This document shows, piece after piece, positions 38,936 through 52,964 of a stretch of 64,000 bases of DNA (positions are counted from its first letter, which is position 1; each line of letters starts with the position of its first letter). Location of the stretch: assembly GCA_951406725.2 (NCBI GenBank), contig OX597827.1, positions 78,306,001-78,370,000 on the forward strand, read 5' to 3'. Below the pieces are notes generated by a model, which made no database searches, was not told where the DNA came from, and saw only the letters and a list, made by a program, of their open reading frames with translations. The DNA comes from Octopus vulgaris (lineage: Eukaryota). The translations under genes were made by a program, and so were the position numbers.

Positions 38936-39079
38936 GAGTTAAAAACATAGAAGGTTGCCAAATCCTCATCCATTATTGGCCAGAGTATCAAAAGCAGTTT
39001 CGCACATTAACAACAATATTGCATCCCCTCCAGGTGGGACCACGGGTGAAACACTGCCAGGAGTTGACAAGCTAAAAGA

Positions 39080-39124
<45 letters not shown>

Positions 39125-39152
39125 CGGACGTTAAACGATGATGATGATGATG

Positions 39153-39198
<46 letters not shown>

Positions 39199-39592
39199 AT
39201 GTATATATATTTATGGATATTTATTATTTTATGTATGAATATATCAGATAAAGTTAATTTGTATGTATGTATCTACCTGTGTGTGTATATAAATATATAT
39301 ATATAGATACATGCATACATATATGGATATTTATTTATGAATATATCAGATGAAGTTAATCTGCATGTGTATATATATGCATGTACATATGTGTACATTT
39401 TATGTATGTGTGTGTGTAATGAAACATTTCATATTTATATAAATATATTTGTATGTTATATATATAATAAAACATATGCAAGTATAATCATATGTAAATT
39501 TTTACAAGGAAAATGTTGACAGAAATCTCTAAAATTAATGTTACACTGCATGTGAATATAACTTCATGTAAATAGAAACAGTAATATATATA

Positions 39593-39641
<49 letters not shown>

Positions 39642-39718
39642 GGTATATATATAAATGGTCTTTTTACATACTGAACACTACTTGGTAAAATTAATTAATA
39701 ATTAATTTTACCCTTTTT

Positions 39719-39765
<47 letters not shown>

Positions 39766-39864
39766 CACACACACACATATATATATATACATATATATAT
39801 AATATATATATATATACATACATATATATATATATACATACCTATATATATATATATACATACC

Positions 39865-39968
<104 letters not shown>

Positions 39969-40095
39969 GATAGATAGACAGATAGATAGATAGATAGATA
40001 GATAGATATATGCAGATACATACACAGATATGTGTATATATTTATGTAATATACATTAGATAAATATCACATATTTCATAAATATATTATGTCAT

Positions 40096-40130
<35 letters not shown>

Positions 40131-40355
40131 GAATATATATGTATAGCAAAAATATTAAAATTATACATATGTAATTATTTAATTTCATCATATTGTTAAA
40201 TATTTTATAATTTCACTTAGGTATAGAGATACTAGTAACCTGGTGTTAGAACTAAATACACATATGCTTTAGAACAGAGAGTCAGTTGAGTACCGAGCAG
40301 TGGTAAGGAATTAAATTAATGGGAAGGGAATAAGAAATCATGTACAGCACTTTAT

Positions 40356-40428
40356 TAGCTTACAGCTGTTTCTGCAATGCACGCATTATCGAGTTCTTGT
40401 GTCTCACCCTAGAGCTTCATCAGAACTA
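40356..40428 (-). ncRNA. Type I hammerhead ribozyme candidate
   Basis: UAGUU-CUGAUGA-[44 nt]-GAAA-CAGCUG-UA^AGCUA, running directly into AAUAAA. The stem II closing pair is non-canonical. Confidence 0.65.
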
Positions 40429-40626
40429 TGAGGTGATACAGAATGAAGTGCAATTTTATTCAGGAAGGCGTTTACATTTATATACACACCACACAAAAGT
40501 GTTACCCTTGGAAAAAGCATAAAGATGTGTGGGAAAGACGGTAAGGAATTTGAAGGGTATAATCCCTGCCGAGAAGATTTAGATTATAAAAAAAACTTAA
40601 TGTATATACACACACAACATCAACAA

Positions 40627-40663
<37 letters not shown>

Positions 40664-40829
40664 TATTGTATCGCATTTGACTTTGTTTATATATATATAA
40701 ATATGTATGTATGTACATATTTGTGTATGTATAATGACAGGCTATTTCTTACTACATTCTCATTTCATTTTCCCATATACGCGCACATGTGTGTATTACA
40801 TATATACAAATATATATACATTATGTATG

Positions 40830-40874
<45 letters not shown>

Positions 40875-41263
40875 GCTCAGATCATATACAGATATAAATA
40901 TATCACATAGATATCCTTATGTGGATACATGTATATCTATTCAACATTCTATCTATTTCTCTATATATATATGCATACACACACACATATGCACAGAAAT
41001 ATATATACATAATCATCATTTAACTTTTATTTTCCATGCTGGCAGGGGATGGATATGCATATATATGCATGCCTGTATATATGAATATGTATGTGTACAT
41101 GTGTATTTATATATATATATATTCAGACACACATACACACAAAAAATATACATAAGAACAAATATCACACACACACATATATATCTCCATATACATATAT
41201 GTATATATATAATATATATACATATATATCTATATACATATGTACAGAATATACATACATATA

Positions 41264-41295
<32 letters not shown>

Positions 41296-41330
41296 ATATA
41301 TACATAAATATACATATATATCATATATGA

Positions 41331-41365
<35 letters not shown>

Positions 41366-41391
41366 TATATGTATAAATTATATATATATAG

Positions 41392-41442
<51 letters not shown>

Positions 41443-41576
41443 CATACATATACCATATATATACATATATTATATATATTATTTATATACATACAAATAT
41501 ATATATTTATATATATATATATACCATATATATATATACATATATTATATATATTATTTATATACATACATATATG

Positions 41577-41615
<39 letters not shown>

Positions 41616-42173
41616 CATACATACATACACACACACACATAAATTAGAAACCATGCCTCCAATGGCAATTAGAGTCTGGACAGCTCCATATCAAACCATC
41701 CAACCCATGCCAGGATGGAAAACGGACGTTAAACGATTATGATACACATACGTACAAAATCTACATTATATATATATCTATATGTAGTTATACCTTATAT
41801 TCATACATACATATACATATATGCACACACCTGCATGCAAATAAACATACCTAAATACAAATACATAGATATACATGCACAAACACACACATATATATAC
41901 AAACACGTATTTATATCTAAATATATATACATATATTTACATTTATTTACATGCATGCATGTGTGTGTGTATAAACACACACACATATATCCATGGTATA
42001 TCAATACATGTGTAGAAAATTATCTGCACATGTTACATAATAAATACAAAAATATCAGAAAATTAATGAATACATAAATATACAAACATAGATAAAGTAT
42101 ATGAATTAGTTCCTGATATTGTGTTTGTGTACTTTAATTACTTAATTGAAAACCTTTATATAAACACTTTCAA

Positions 42174-42221
<48 letters not shown>

Positions 42222-42399
42222 ACACTATCATACATCTGATTATATAATAGATAGGTAAATAGATAATTAGGTAGATAGATAGAAAGATAGATAGATAGAT
42301 AGAAAGATAGATAGATAATTAGATAGATAGATAGATAGACTGATAGATAGGTGAATGTAATGATAGATATCTAAGTGTATGTATATTATATTTGTACAC

Positions 42400-43440
42400 A
42401 CACGCACACACAAACACGCAAATGCCTAGAAACCAATCCCACTCGCCCAAAGCGAATATATTCCAGCCAGTGCCACAATGGCATGGCTCCGGTCAACCAT
42501 ATTTCTATAGAATGTCTAACACGTGACACTATGGCCACACCGACCATCTTAACATAATTGACCCAAATGCTATTCAGCATTGCCTTCCACTCCTCCATCC
42601 GTCTTCCCTCCTTTTTACTATAGACTGACCAATGGAGAGGGAAGGCCAAAGTCTGCCGACGAGAGACTAACCTTAAGTTGATGGCGAAACACGCCTTTTT
42701 TCTTGTATTTTTACTTTCTCTTTCGTGCACGTCTTCGTGGTCAGTTCACCATTGACAGACGGACTGGATCAAGTTGGGAGCGGGAACGAAAGGGATTAGT
42801 TGAAAACATCCTCCCATGTCTTTGACGACTGACCATTGGCTCAAGCCCTTCTCACATAACTTCAAACGATGCAATAGAAAATAATAAAAAGCCAGGCAAG
42901 ACACTTGAGACACAGACACGCGGCTGGAGCCATATATGAAAGTGTCAACCATATTCCAGAATGGCCAGTGGTGTAGGATCGTGCCTGACTGCCTCCTCAG
43001 CAGCTTGGCATGACACGCGTTGGTATAGCAGCTAGCCACAGACATTCCTGTAAACACACAAATACCTAGAACGACCAATAACAGCTCTTGGATGCAGACA
43101 TTTTCCACTTCATCATCATATTTACGTATATATTAGCAAAGCGAGGAATTTTCGGTATGGTCAAAGAGAAAAGCGCTTGGGCTGTCTTTTGACCAGATTC
43201 TACAGAATCAGGACATTTTGTTTTGTTTCTCAAAAAACATATCATTTATACAAATATATATATCTATATATATATATAAATTAGAAAATGAATATCGAAT
43301 CCGGACGGTCCAGATTAATTGTTAACAAACATTAATATTTCAAAGGAGATATTTGATTTTATGAACTTTTTTTTTGACACTTTCATTTCATTAACTTTTA
43401 AAATAAAAACGAAACAATTATTCTTATAAACACACGCATC

Positions 43441-43481
<41 letters not shown>

Positions 43482-45900
43482 GCACATACACAGACTTTCA
43501 AGAATGAAATAACTTCACGTTTGAATAGAGAAAGTGGATAATTGATGGAGAGAGAGAAAGATGGAGAATGGAAGAGAGAGAGAGAGCGATGTGATGGTAT
43601 GAATTAAATTAGAAGCTAAGATGGGACTCTAAGAGAAATATCTTTGCTAGACTTTTTAAAAACGGTCGAGGAACTATTGGAATTGATGGAAAGAGAGAAA
43701 TACGGAAGGAGGGTTATGAAAAAAAACTGAAGAGAGGATATAAGAAAGAGAATATTACAAAGTGGTGGTGGGGGAGGTTGGAATCGGAGCTGGCCCGAAA
43801 AAAATAAATTAAATAAATATATAAAAAATAACCCGCAAAATTACTGAGTAAAATTGACTTTCCCTTGCCTTCCCCCGTCCCTGCCAGTTCGAGCCACCGC
43901 CGCACCCCACTTTGTAATTATAGAAGATAGGAAATTGCTGCTTGTTTTTTCTTTTTAAGGGGTGGAGAGGGAGAAGAAGTGTTATTTATCTTTCCGGTTG
44001 TTGAGAGGAGACGAAAGAGCAATACAGACCTGCAGACAGTCTCTTTCGGCAGAAGCACTATTGCTTTAACAAAAAATTAATAGTTTAGTGTAGTTGATGT
44101 TTGTTTGTTTTTTAAGTGTTTCTGTTGGCGGAGTGGAGGAGTAGCGAGTACATGGAGCTTATTGCCTGGTAAAAAGTTAAAAAAACATCGTCTTAGAGTG
44201 AGCAGGGGAGATAATGTGACACACAGACAGACGGTTTGTGCAGTTGTTTTATTTACAGAGTTTTTTTTCCAAGAAACTTGAGTGACTCAGATGTCGAGAA
44301 GGGAGGGAGAAAGTAAACAAAGGGAAGTAACACGACACATACACACACATACATATAGACATATACGCCACATAGGCTGTAGACCCGCACTGAATGTAGA
44401 TTCAACGTTTACCACTGCTCGGTGGTGGTGGTGGTGGCGGTAGGCAGAGTAGATGGAAGCGTAGTGGGAGGAGAGCGTAAAAAACACGTTGCTGTGTATT
44501 TTCATGGGAGATTTTCAGTCGTTTGAGAAAACAAATGAGTGATTTCATATTTTTGAAAAGAGGGGAAAAATCTGTTGATTTATTAAATAGTAAATTAGTT
44601 GAGTCTAATACGTTTAATATAATACATATGTCATTAGTGTCTCGTACTGTAGCTGTGGTGGTAGGCAGAGTAGAAGGAAACAGTGAAAGGGGAGCGTAAA
44701 AAACATGTACTGGCAAAAATCTGTAATTTGTAATAAATTTAGTGAAGCGTGAATTTATGTTCACATAAATATTTTATTTAAAAAAATTGCTGATTTATTA
44801 CATACTAAATTCGCTGAATCAAACATTTAATATAATAGCTCATTAGTATTTTGTCGCTGTCGATGTAGTGGCAGGCAGAGTAGAGCGAAGCATAGTGGGA
44901 GGAGAACGTAAAAAACACGTTGTTATATTTTCATGGGAAAAATTCAATCATTTATAAAACAAATGACTGAAATATGAATTTATATTTGTATATATTTATA
45001 TTTTAGAATAAAGGATAAAAAACTGTTGACTTATTAAATACTAAATTGGTCGAATCTAATATAATAAATATCTCATTAAGCCTGCTACGCCTCCGTACAC
45101 TTTCGTTTTACGCTTCAATGTGTACAAAAAACAAGACACGTAAAAAACTGATTGGATAAACTATTTATTTTTGGCGCGCTCTAAAATCTTTTCATATTTT
45201 TATTAAATCTTTTTGTGTTTTACTTTTACATTTATGATCGAAGTTTAATATTTGATTTGATATTTTTTAAAAAACCTTCGTTCATTCCTATGCGGAACTA
45301 TTCTATCAAAAATATATTTTTTTGATTTAATGAAGCGGAAGAAATTATAGTTTTTTTTCCTTTTTCAGTTTTAAATTATTATTTTTAATAATCAACTTAA
45401 ATGTTATTACAATGAAATTTGGTAAACAATGACGATATCTAAAAAACGTGTTGATGAAATTCTAACATTGCAGCGTTACATACGAGGCTGAAAATGTTTT
45501 TTCTATCACGTCTTCCATCTTGTTTCTACTTAAACATTCTGGTAAAGGCATGAACGTCACAATATCACATTTCCATACATTTATCCAAAATATCGTGATT
45601 ATTAAAAAAATTTGTACTTTCTTAAATGTTTATTTACATCATTGACCGCAATATTTTTTTATATTTTAATATGCTGTAATTAAATAACGATACACCGGTA
45701 CGGGAGAATCTTCCTCACCCTCACATAAATTAATCCTTTTATAAATCCTAAAAAAATTATAAACATTTTTTGGTCAGCTTAAAATATAGATTTGGATCTG
45801 CCAATATGTCCCAGCAGATCTGTGATAAATTTTTCCCTGGTAGAGATTAAAGTACAGAGGTATTCTATAATCGTTTTTGTCCCATTACAAATAAAGTAGA
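42400..45900 (-). promoter_or_regulatory. Candidate promoter and non-coding 5' exons of the 22648-24699 ZNF gene
   Basis: About 3.5 kb free of recognisable TEs, with CpGs retained. CCAAT boxes, AP-1-like TGACTCA (~44283), E2F-like TTTTGGCGCGC (~45169) and a minus-strand donor-like AAG|GTTAGT at 42672/42671. Confidence 0.45.
44430..45080. repeat. Three diverged tandem units of ~210-220 bp
   Basis: AGGCAGAGTAGA at 44442, 44663 and 44873, each followed by ...CGTAAAAAACA and an AT-rich block ending CATTA(G/A). Confidence 0.85.
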
Positions 45901-48111
45901 GAAGTGATCTTTAGTAATTTTTGTCCCGTTAGAGGAGATAGGGCATGTTTTTAGTCTTACTATAGTTCCTAAATACTGAGAATTTGCAAAAAATGGAAAC
46001 AGAAGAGGTGAGCAAGTTGTGTTCAATGCTTGTGTGCTTAAACATTAAGGTACAAATGAGCTGAGAGAAAACTTGGATGCTAGAGAAATTAGATGAAGTG
46101 TGCGAGAGAAAAGATTAGATTGGTACAGGCATGTGGTGTGTGTGCGGGATGTCAGATGAAAAAAAAAAAGTGCCTGGTGTTCCATGCAGATGAAACCTGT
46201 GGAAGAAGGAGACCTAAGACGATATGGGGGTGAAGTGGGGAAGACAGTTTTAGTTCAGTAAGCCTCCATGGGAGATGATAAAAAACTACAGCAAGTGGTG
46301 TGACATTGCACGGGAGAAGATATACTTAACTGTATGGTAATGTTGGAAAAAGACTTTAAAATGTCAGTGGAGGTGATGGAGGGCTGAGACATTTAATAAT
46401 TACATTTTAAATTTAGCATATACCTAGACACATCTTCACCACCATTTTTTTTCATCTGGGGTAAACGTGTGTTTTCCCTTCATGTTACCTCTATTATATT
46501 TTAATCTCTCATCACCTGGTGTAAAGCCACTTCCCTCAACACTACCCCTCCACCCTCAGTTGAGGTGACTTGGTGACCCTGCAAATGCTGGTCCCACATA
46601 AAGAAGCACTCAGTTCATTAGGAAGGGTATCCAGACTTAGAAGCAATACCAAAGTAGAAGCTGGAGCTTGGCACAGTCCTCTGGCTTGCTGGCTCCTGTC
46701 AAAATGTCCGACCCATGCCCACATGGAAATGATTAAATGAGGAGGATTTCACTCTCTCTTCTCTGTTATGCCAACATTATGTTTACATGTGGTACATTCT
46801 CTGCTCTCTCTTTCTCTCTGTCTGTCTGTCTGTCTGTCTCATCTCATTCTCTCTTCCTCTTTCTCTCTCTTCACTCTGCATCTCTCTCTCTCATCATGCT
46901 ATCAGTGTAATGATGGATAATATTGCATCTATTTTTTATTTATTCTCTCCTATCTTTATAGCTAGCCACCATCTTCTCATTTCTCCTTCCTCTCTCATTC
47001 CTCTATCACTCCTTCAGCATTCTCTCTCCCATACCATCACCCCACTCTCCCACATCCTGCTTCTTTCCATTACTCTTTCTTTTCCATCATTCTACTCATA
47101 CTGTTTCTCTATTTAATCTCTTTATCCATAACCATCATGGAACTCTCTCTCTTTCTCCTCATTACCCTCATTCCTCTCACTCTGGTCCTCCTCTCTTACT
47201 CTCTCTTCTATCACTTCCTCATCTCTCTCTTTCATCTCTCTGTTATAAAACTCACACCCAAACTGGAACTCACATGTGAGATGTGAACCCTAAACCATGT
47301 TAGAAGACAGTAACCCCAAATTAGAACTCATTTAACACATTAGCATTTCAACCAGTCATATCCGACCCATTTAAAGTTCAAACTGGCCATATCCAGCCTC
47401 TCACACCTAGCCTGCAATATTATTTAAAAAATAAACAATGACACCATTGAAATCTCAAAGCTACAAGATAATATCTGATTAATTCCTGGAGCCTGGAGCA
47501 GCCACTGGCTTTCCAGACCTCAGTCAAACCGTCCTACCCAGGCCAGCATGGAAAACAGACGTTAAATGATGATGATGATGATGATATCCCATCAAAACCC
47601 TTGACCAGCAGAGAAACAGATGTAAGATGCTGGTGGTGGTGGTGGTGGTGGTGAGGAGGAGGAGAATGATGACAATGAGTGTTGTGAGTTCGTGTCTCTC
47701 ATGTTAACTAAACACATATCAGTAATATGCACGTGTCTACTTCATTTTCCCCCACCACACCTCTCTTGTGGTCACTTAATTCGCTAAAAGTAACAGCCAG
47801 ATTTCTCTTAAATTACACCCTACCATCTAAGAAAAGAAGGACAATGTGCCTGGAAAAAAGACATGATGGTCATGGTTGGAAAGCTTCATGAGAGTTGATC
47901 TGGGGCTAAACAACATGAATATCATTAAAAGGAATTTATATATATTTACATTATATGTTTATATATTAATGTTCTTATTACTCATCATCTCTCTCTCTCT
48001 CATGTTTAAAAAAATATACATCAGATATATAAGGTACACATAACAGGGTACATATAATAGGGTACTTTACCATTGCCTATTTCTCCCTATCTAACAACCA
48101 TATAACTTTTG

Positions 48112-48358
48112 TTTCGTTTGCGCCCTTTTAAAGCTTAGCCAGGCTCATGGGCCCGGTTTCCATGGTGTATGTGTTCCGCAGCCAGATGGGACACCAGTCC
48201 ATCGCAGCGTTACTCATTTTTGCCAGCTGAGTGGACTGGAGCAACGTGAAATGAAGTGTTTTGCTTAAGAACACAACGCGTCGCCCTTTCCAGGAATCGA
48301 AACCACAATCTTACGATCATGATGCTGACATCCTAACCACTAAGCCACGCGCCTCCAC
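48112..48358 (-). mobile_element. tRNA-derived SINE with Meta/V-like domains
   Basis: A/B boxes, TTGTGTTCTTAAGCAAAACAC and GCGATGGACTGGTGTCCCATC. Confidence 0.75.
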
Positions 48359-49429
48359 TTATAACTTTTGTACCTAATAATTATGAGTTGTTTGTATAAT
48401 TAGCCAGATCAGGGTGACGAGTGAGCAGAATCATTAACATGCTGGACAAAATGCTTCACGGCATTTCGTTTGTCTCTACATTCTGAGTTCAAATTCCGCT
48501 GGAATTAACTTTGCTTTTCATTATTTTGGGGGTTGATGAAATAAGAACCAGTTTAGCACTGGAGGTTGATTTAATTGATTAACCCCCTTTGCCTGTAACC
48601 CTGTGCCCCCCACCATGCCCCCTGTCTTGTGGTCACTCAATTTGCTAAATGTAGCTGCCAGATCTCCCTTAAATTACACCATAGCATCTAAGAAAAGAAG
48701 GACAACGTGCCTAGAAAGAAATATAATGAGCCAAGTTATTATGACACAGTACGTCTCCTGTTTCCTACTTAACAACCGGAAAATTGTCATATGCAATAAT
48801 CTAGCAAGAATGCCACCTAAGGACAGCAAAATAGTTTGGCAAGCAGAATTTGAAACTTTGGTAAAGATGGGGATGGGGGGATCTAAGTTTAGTGCAATAG
48901 TGAGCCGGAATTACATCATGGTTGTCATATATTACACGATTCTTCAGACTCTGCAAATTTTGGACTGGAAGAGAGAATTACTTTGATGTTGTGACAAATA
49001 GTTTTTTTGGTTTCTTTTTTCAGTTTGAAGAAATAAAGAAAAACATAAATCTCAATTGAGAGTGAAAGAAATATATTGGTGACATATTGGAATATATATT
49101 TTAGATAAAGAATTTATATTGTAATAGATGGACAAATATCTTGTTGGAATATTAGTTTCAAATTTTGACACAAGGCCAGCAATTTTAGGGGAGGGGTTAA
49201 GTTGATTACATCGACCCCCAGTACTTAATTGGTACTTATCTTATTGACCCCAAAAGGATGAAAAGCAAAGTCAGCCTTAGTGGAATTTGAACTCAGAATG
49301 CAGAGACGGATGAAATGCCATGAAGCATTTTGCCCAGCATTTTAACAGTTCACTGCCTTATAATGTTGAAATATTGAAAAATATATTTTAGATACAAACT
49401 TTATATTGTAAAAGATGGATAAATATGTT

Positions 49430-50062
49430 GACTGGCAGCCGTACTAGTGGGGTGCAAAGAGCACCATATGAGTGTGCTCGTTGACAGAGCAGCTAACCGG
49501 CTACCATGCCAGTGACACATAAAAAAGCACCATTCAAATGTGATCGTTACCAGCGTCGCCTTACTGGCACTTGAGCCCCTTGGTAGTAGGGTGTTAAGAG
49601 CACCATCCAAGCGTGATCGTTATCAGCGTCGCATTACTGGCACTCGAGCCCCATGCTAGTAGGGTGCCAAGAGCACCATCCGAGCGTGATTGTTGCCAGA
49701 GCAGCTATCTAGCCTCCGTGCCGGTGGCACGTAAATGGCACCATTCGAGCATGATCATTACCAGCATCGCCTTACTGGCACCTGTGCCATTGGCATGTGT
49801 AAAAGATTTGAGCGAGGTCGTTTCCAGTACTGCCTGACTGGCCCCGTGCCGGTGGCATGTAAAAAGAACCCACTACACTCTCGGAGTGGTTGGTGTTAGG
49901 AAGGGCATCCAGCTGTAGAAACTCTGCCAGATCAGATTGGAGCTAGGTGCAACCATCTGGTTCAAGATTGAAGCCTGGTGCAGCCATCTGGTTCGCCAGC
50001 CCTCAGTCAAATCGTCCAACCCATGCTAGCATGAAAAGCGGACGTTAAACGATGATGATGAT
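49430..50062 (+). mobile_element. RTE-type LINE 3' end with heterogeneous VNTR
   Basis: Six to seven mixed-type units, terminal block and (GAT)n. Confidence 0.85.
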
Positions 50063-50329
50063 TTTAAATATAGTTCTGTAGGCTTGATATTGTTATGCAA
50101 GGACAAATATATTCTTCAAATATTCTTTTCTACTCTAGGCACAAGGACCGAGTTTTTTGGAGAGGAGGCCAGTCAATTAGATCAACCTCAGTACGCAACT
50201 GGTACTTAATTTATTGACCTCAAAAGGATGAAAAGTAGTCATATTCTTCAAATATTGGAATTTATATATTTTAGATACAGCTTTGAAGACTTTGTACACA
50301 AAATGAAAAAGAAAAAGAAATGTTTTACA

Positions 50330-50955
50330 GGTGTCAGCATGTGTGTGTGGTCAAGGGGCTCGCTTTGCAACCATGTAGTTTTGGGTTCAATCCCATTGTA
50401 CAGCACCTTGGGCAAGTGTCTTCTACTATAGCCGTGGGTTAACTAATGCCTTGTGGATGAATTTGGTCGGTGGAGGCTAGAGAAGCCTGTTATGTATATG
50501 TGAGTGTGTGTGTGTGTGTATAGACATGTACACACATACATGCATGTGTATGTGAGTGGGTATAGACATACACACATACATGCATATCTGTGTGTGTGTA
50601 TAGACATATACACACATACATGTGTGTGTGTATAGACATACATATATATGTATGTGTGTTTGTGTATAGACATACATGTATATGTGTGTGTGTTTGTGTA
50701 TAGGCATATACACACATGCATGTGTGTGTGTACAGAGATATACACACATACATGTGTGTGTCTTTGTGTTTGCTCTTGCCACTTCTTAACAACTGGTGTA
50801 GGTTTGTTTACATCTGTGTGACTTTGCAGTTCGGCAAAAGATATCAATAGAATCTTTACCAGACTTAAAAATAGGTGCCCACATTGATTTGTTCGCCTAA
50901 AACCTTTCAAGTCAGTGCTCCAGTATGGTCGCAATTCAATGACTAAAACAAGTCT
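50330..50955 (+). mobile_element. tRNA-derived SINE with expanded internal microsatellite
   Basis: Head at 50330-50490, ~270 bp of TG/TA/CA repeat, then the family 3' half. Confidence 0.8.
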
Positions 50956-51639
50956 ATGATAAGCAATAAATGCAGAAAGAACTGGCTTCAATCTCACAGA
51001 GAGATGACTTTCATTCATTAACTCAGGGTTGTTGTTTATACAACCATCAGGGGACCAACTGTCTCTCGTTTCATCACCACAGGTATCATTTTAATGAATT
51101 ATAATTTCTTGGGTCTCATATTAACCATGCTGCCCCCCACCGACCATACCATCTAATTTCCCATGCAGGGAACTGTCTCCCATAATGATTTCAAATTTTG
51201 ACACTAGGCCAGCAATTTCAGGAAGTGGGATAGTCGATTACATCAACCGAAGGTCTCAACTGGTAATTATTTTATTGACCTTGAAAGGGATGAAAGGCAA
51301 AATCGACCTCAGTGGAATTTGAACTTAGAACATAAAGACAGACAAAATGCCGCTAAACATTTTACCTGGTGTGCTAATGATTCTGCCATCTCACTGCCTT
51401 ACTGTCTCCCATAACAAACCTGAGTCTGTTGCCAATTATGTCAACTCTGCTTTTATCTCAATAACTAATTAATTATACTGTAGACAAATGTCAGTTTATT
51501 GCTCAACAGTTTAAAAGTTGTGCTGGGAGAATTTTGCCTCTATTTCCGATATCCCTGTTAAGTCCTTGTAAAGCCTTTTCTGTCCACCTTGCCTGCACTT
51601 ATCTTCCACCAGTTTGCTTTAAAACAGTCTCATTCATGG

Positions 51640-51950
51640 ACACACTCAAAGCATCACTGAAGAGGTTTGAGATCAACCCCAGCATCTGGGAGGCACAAGC
51701 TTGGTGAAGCCACACCAACAGAGGTTCCACCTCTTATGATCAGAATAGAATTGCAAGGGGCACAAAGAAAGTGCAGATTACAAAAATCCAGAGCCAATTC
51801 CTTGCCTTTGGTCCCAACAGACCACCAGTGCTTGACCTGCAGCAGAGCATTCCAAGCACACATTAGACCGGTTGGCCACAGACACAGACATACCATGGTC
51901 CACCTTCGTCTCTCACATGATGTCCTTGGTCATCATCAATAACAATGGAC
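51640..51950 (+). mobile_element. RTE/BovB-like LINE 3' fragment
   Basis: Terminal zinc-finger-like HQCLTCSRAFQAHI followed by a short 3' UTR. Confidence 0.5.
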
Positions 51951-51984
51951 AAAGTAATATTAAATAATAGTTGATGTATATATT

Positions 51985-52510
51985 GGCTGGTCTGTTTGGT
52001 GGTCCAGCACTAGTGTCATCCACTACAGCTTCATGAGACCTGGTAAGTCAATTACAGCATCATGAGATACATCAACCAATTGAATGAAATGATGAGTGAA
52101 CTTGCAATTAAACAGCTGAGATTGGTCAATAGAGACAGGTCAATTCTCTTGCAAGACAATGCTTGACCACATGTTGCACAAAGAACGTTATTCAAGTTAC
52201 AGGAACTGAACTTGGAAGTTCTCTGTCATCTACCATATTCACTTGACCTTGCACCAACTAACTATGATGTTTTCCAGGCATTAGACAACTTTTGCAAGGA
52301 AAAACTTAAAATCTTAAGAAGATGCCAAAACAGCCTTTTGTGATTTCATCACCTTTTGCTCTCCAGAATTCTTTGCTGCTGGCATAAATAAGCTACCAAT
52401 AAAATGGCAAGATTGTGTTGATAATTTAGGTGCATACTTTGATTAACTGCATTGCTTTTTGTTGAGATAAAATAAAATAAACTTCCAGCTGAAAATTGGG
52501 CATTTCATTC
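51985..52510 (+). mobile_element. Decayed mariner transposase 3' half
   Basis: WWSSTSVIHYSF, ILLQDNA*PHVA and HLPYSLDLAPTNY (HPPYSPDLAP-like) motifs. Confidence 0.85.
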
Positions 52511-52514
52511 TTAA

Positions 52515-52964
52515 CCCTTTCAATACTGTATTTATTTTGAGGTGCTCTGTGTTTCTTTCAATTAATTTTAAATATAACAAAGAATTTAGTAAAATAACTT
52601 TGTTATCATTAAGCTAGTGTTAGGAAATAAATTGTGACTAAGGTTTGGTGGAAGATTTTAATTCAGAACTTATGAAAACTAAACATTTGTACTACAGAGC
52701 CAGAGCTGGTTTCAGCACTTATCAAAAGGGTTAAGAATTGTTTCTCTATTATATATTTTAACCCTTTTCTTACCATATTTCTGTTGAGATGCTCTGTGTT
52801 TCTTTCAATTAATTTTAAATATAACAAAGAATTTAGTAAAATAACTTTGTAATCATTCAGCTAGTGTTAGGAACATAAATTGTAACTAAGGTTTAGTGGA
52901 AGATTTGAATTCAAAACTTATGACAAGACATTTGTACTATAGAGCCAGGTTGGTAATGAAAGGG
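52515..52964. mobile_element. Two adjacent piggyBac-like MITEs (52515-52730 and 52762-52964)
   Basis: TTAA|CCCTTT...AAAGGG|TTAA (the second ends GGG|TCAA); the bodies are highly similar. Confidence 0.85.

Noticed and set aside
40703-42077. Tyr/Ile-rich ORFs up to 212 aa
   Set aside because: Translations of (TA)n/(CA)n microsatellite.
42746-43108. 120-aa minus-strand ORF in unique sequence
   Set aside because: GTG start and no recognisable domain; more plausibly UTR or uORF sequence, though not excluded.
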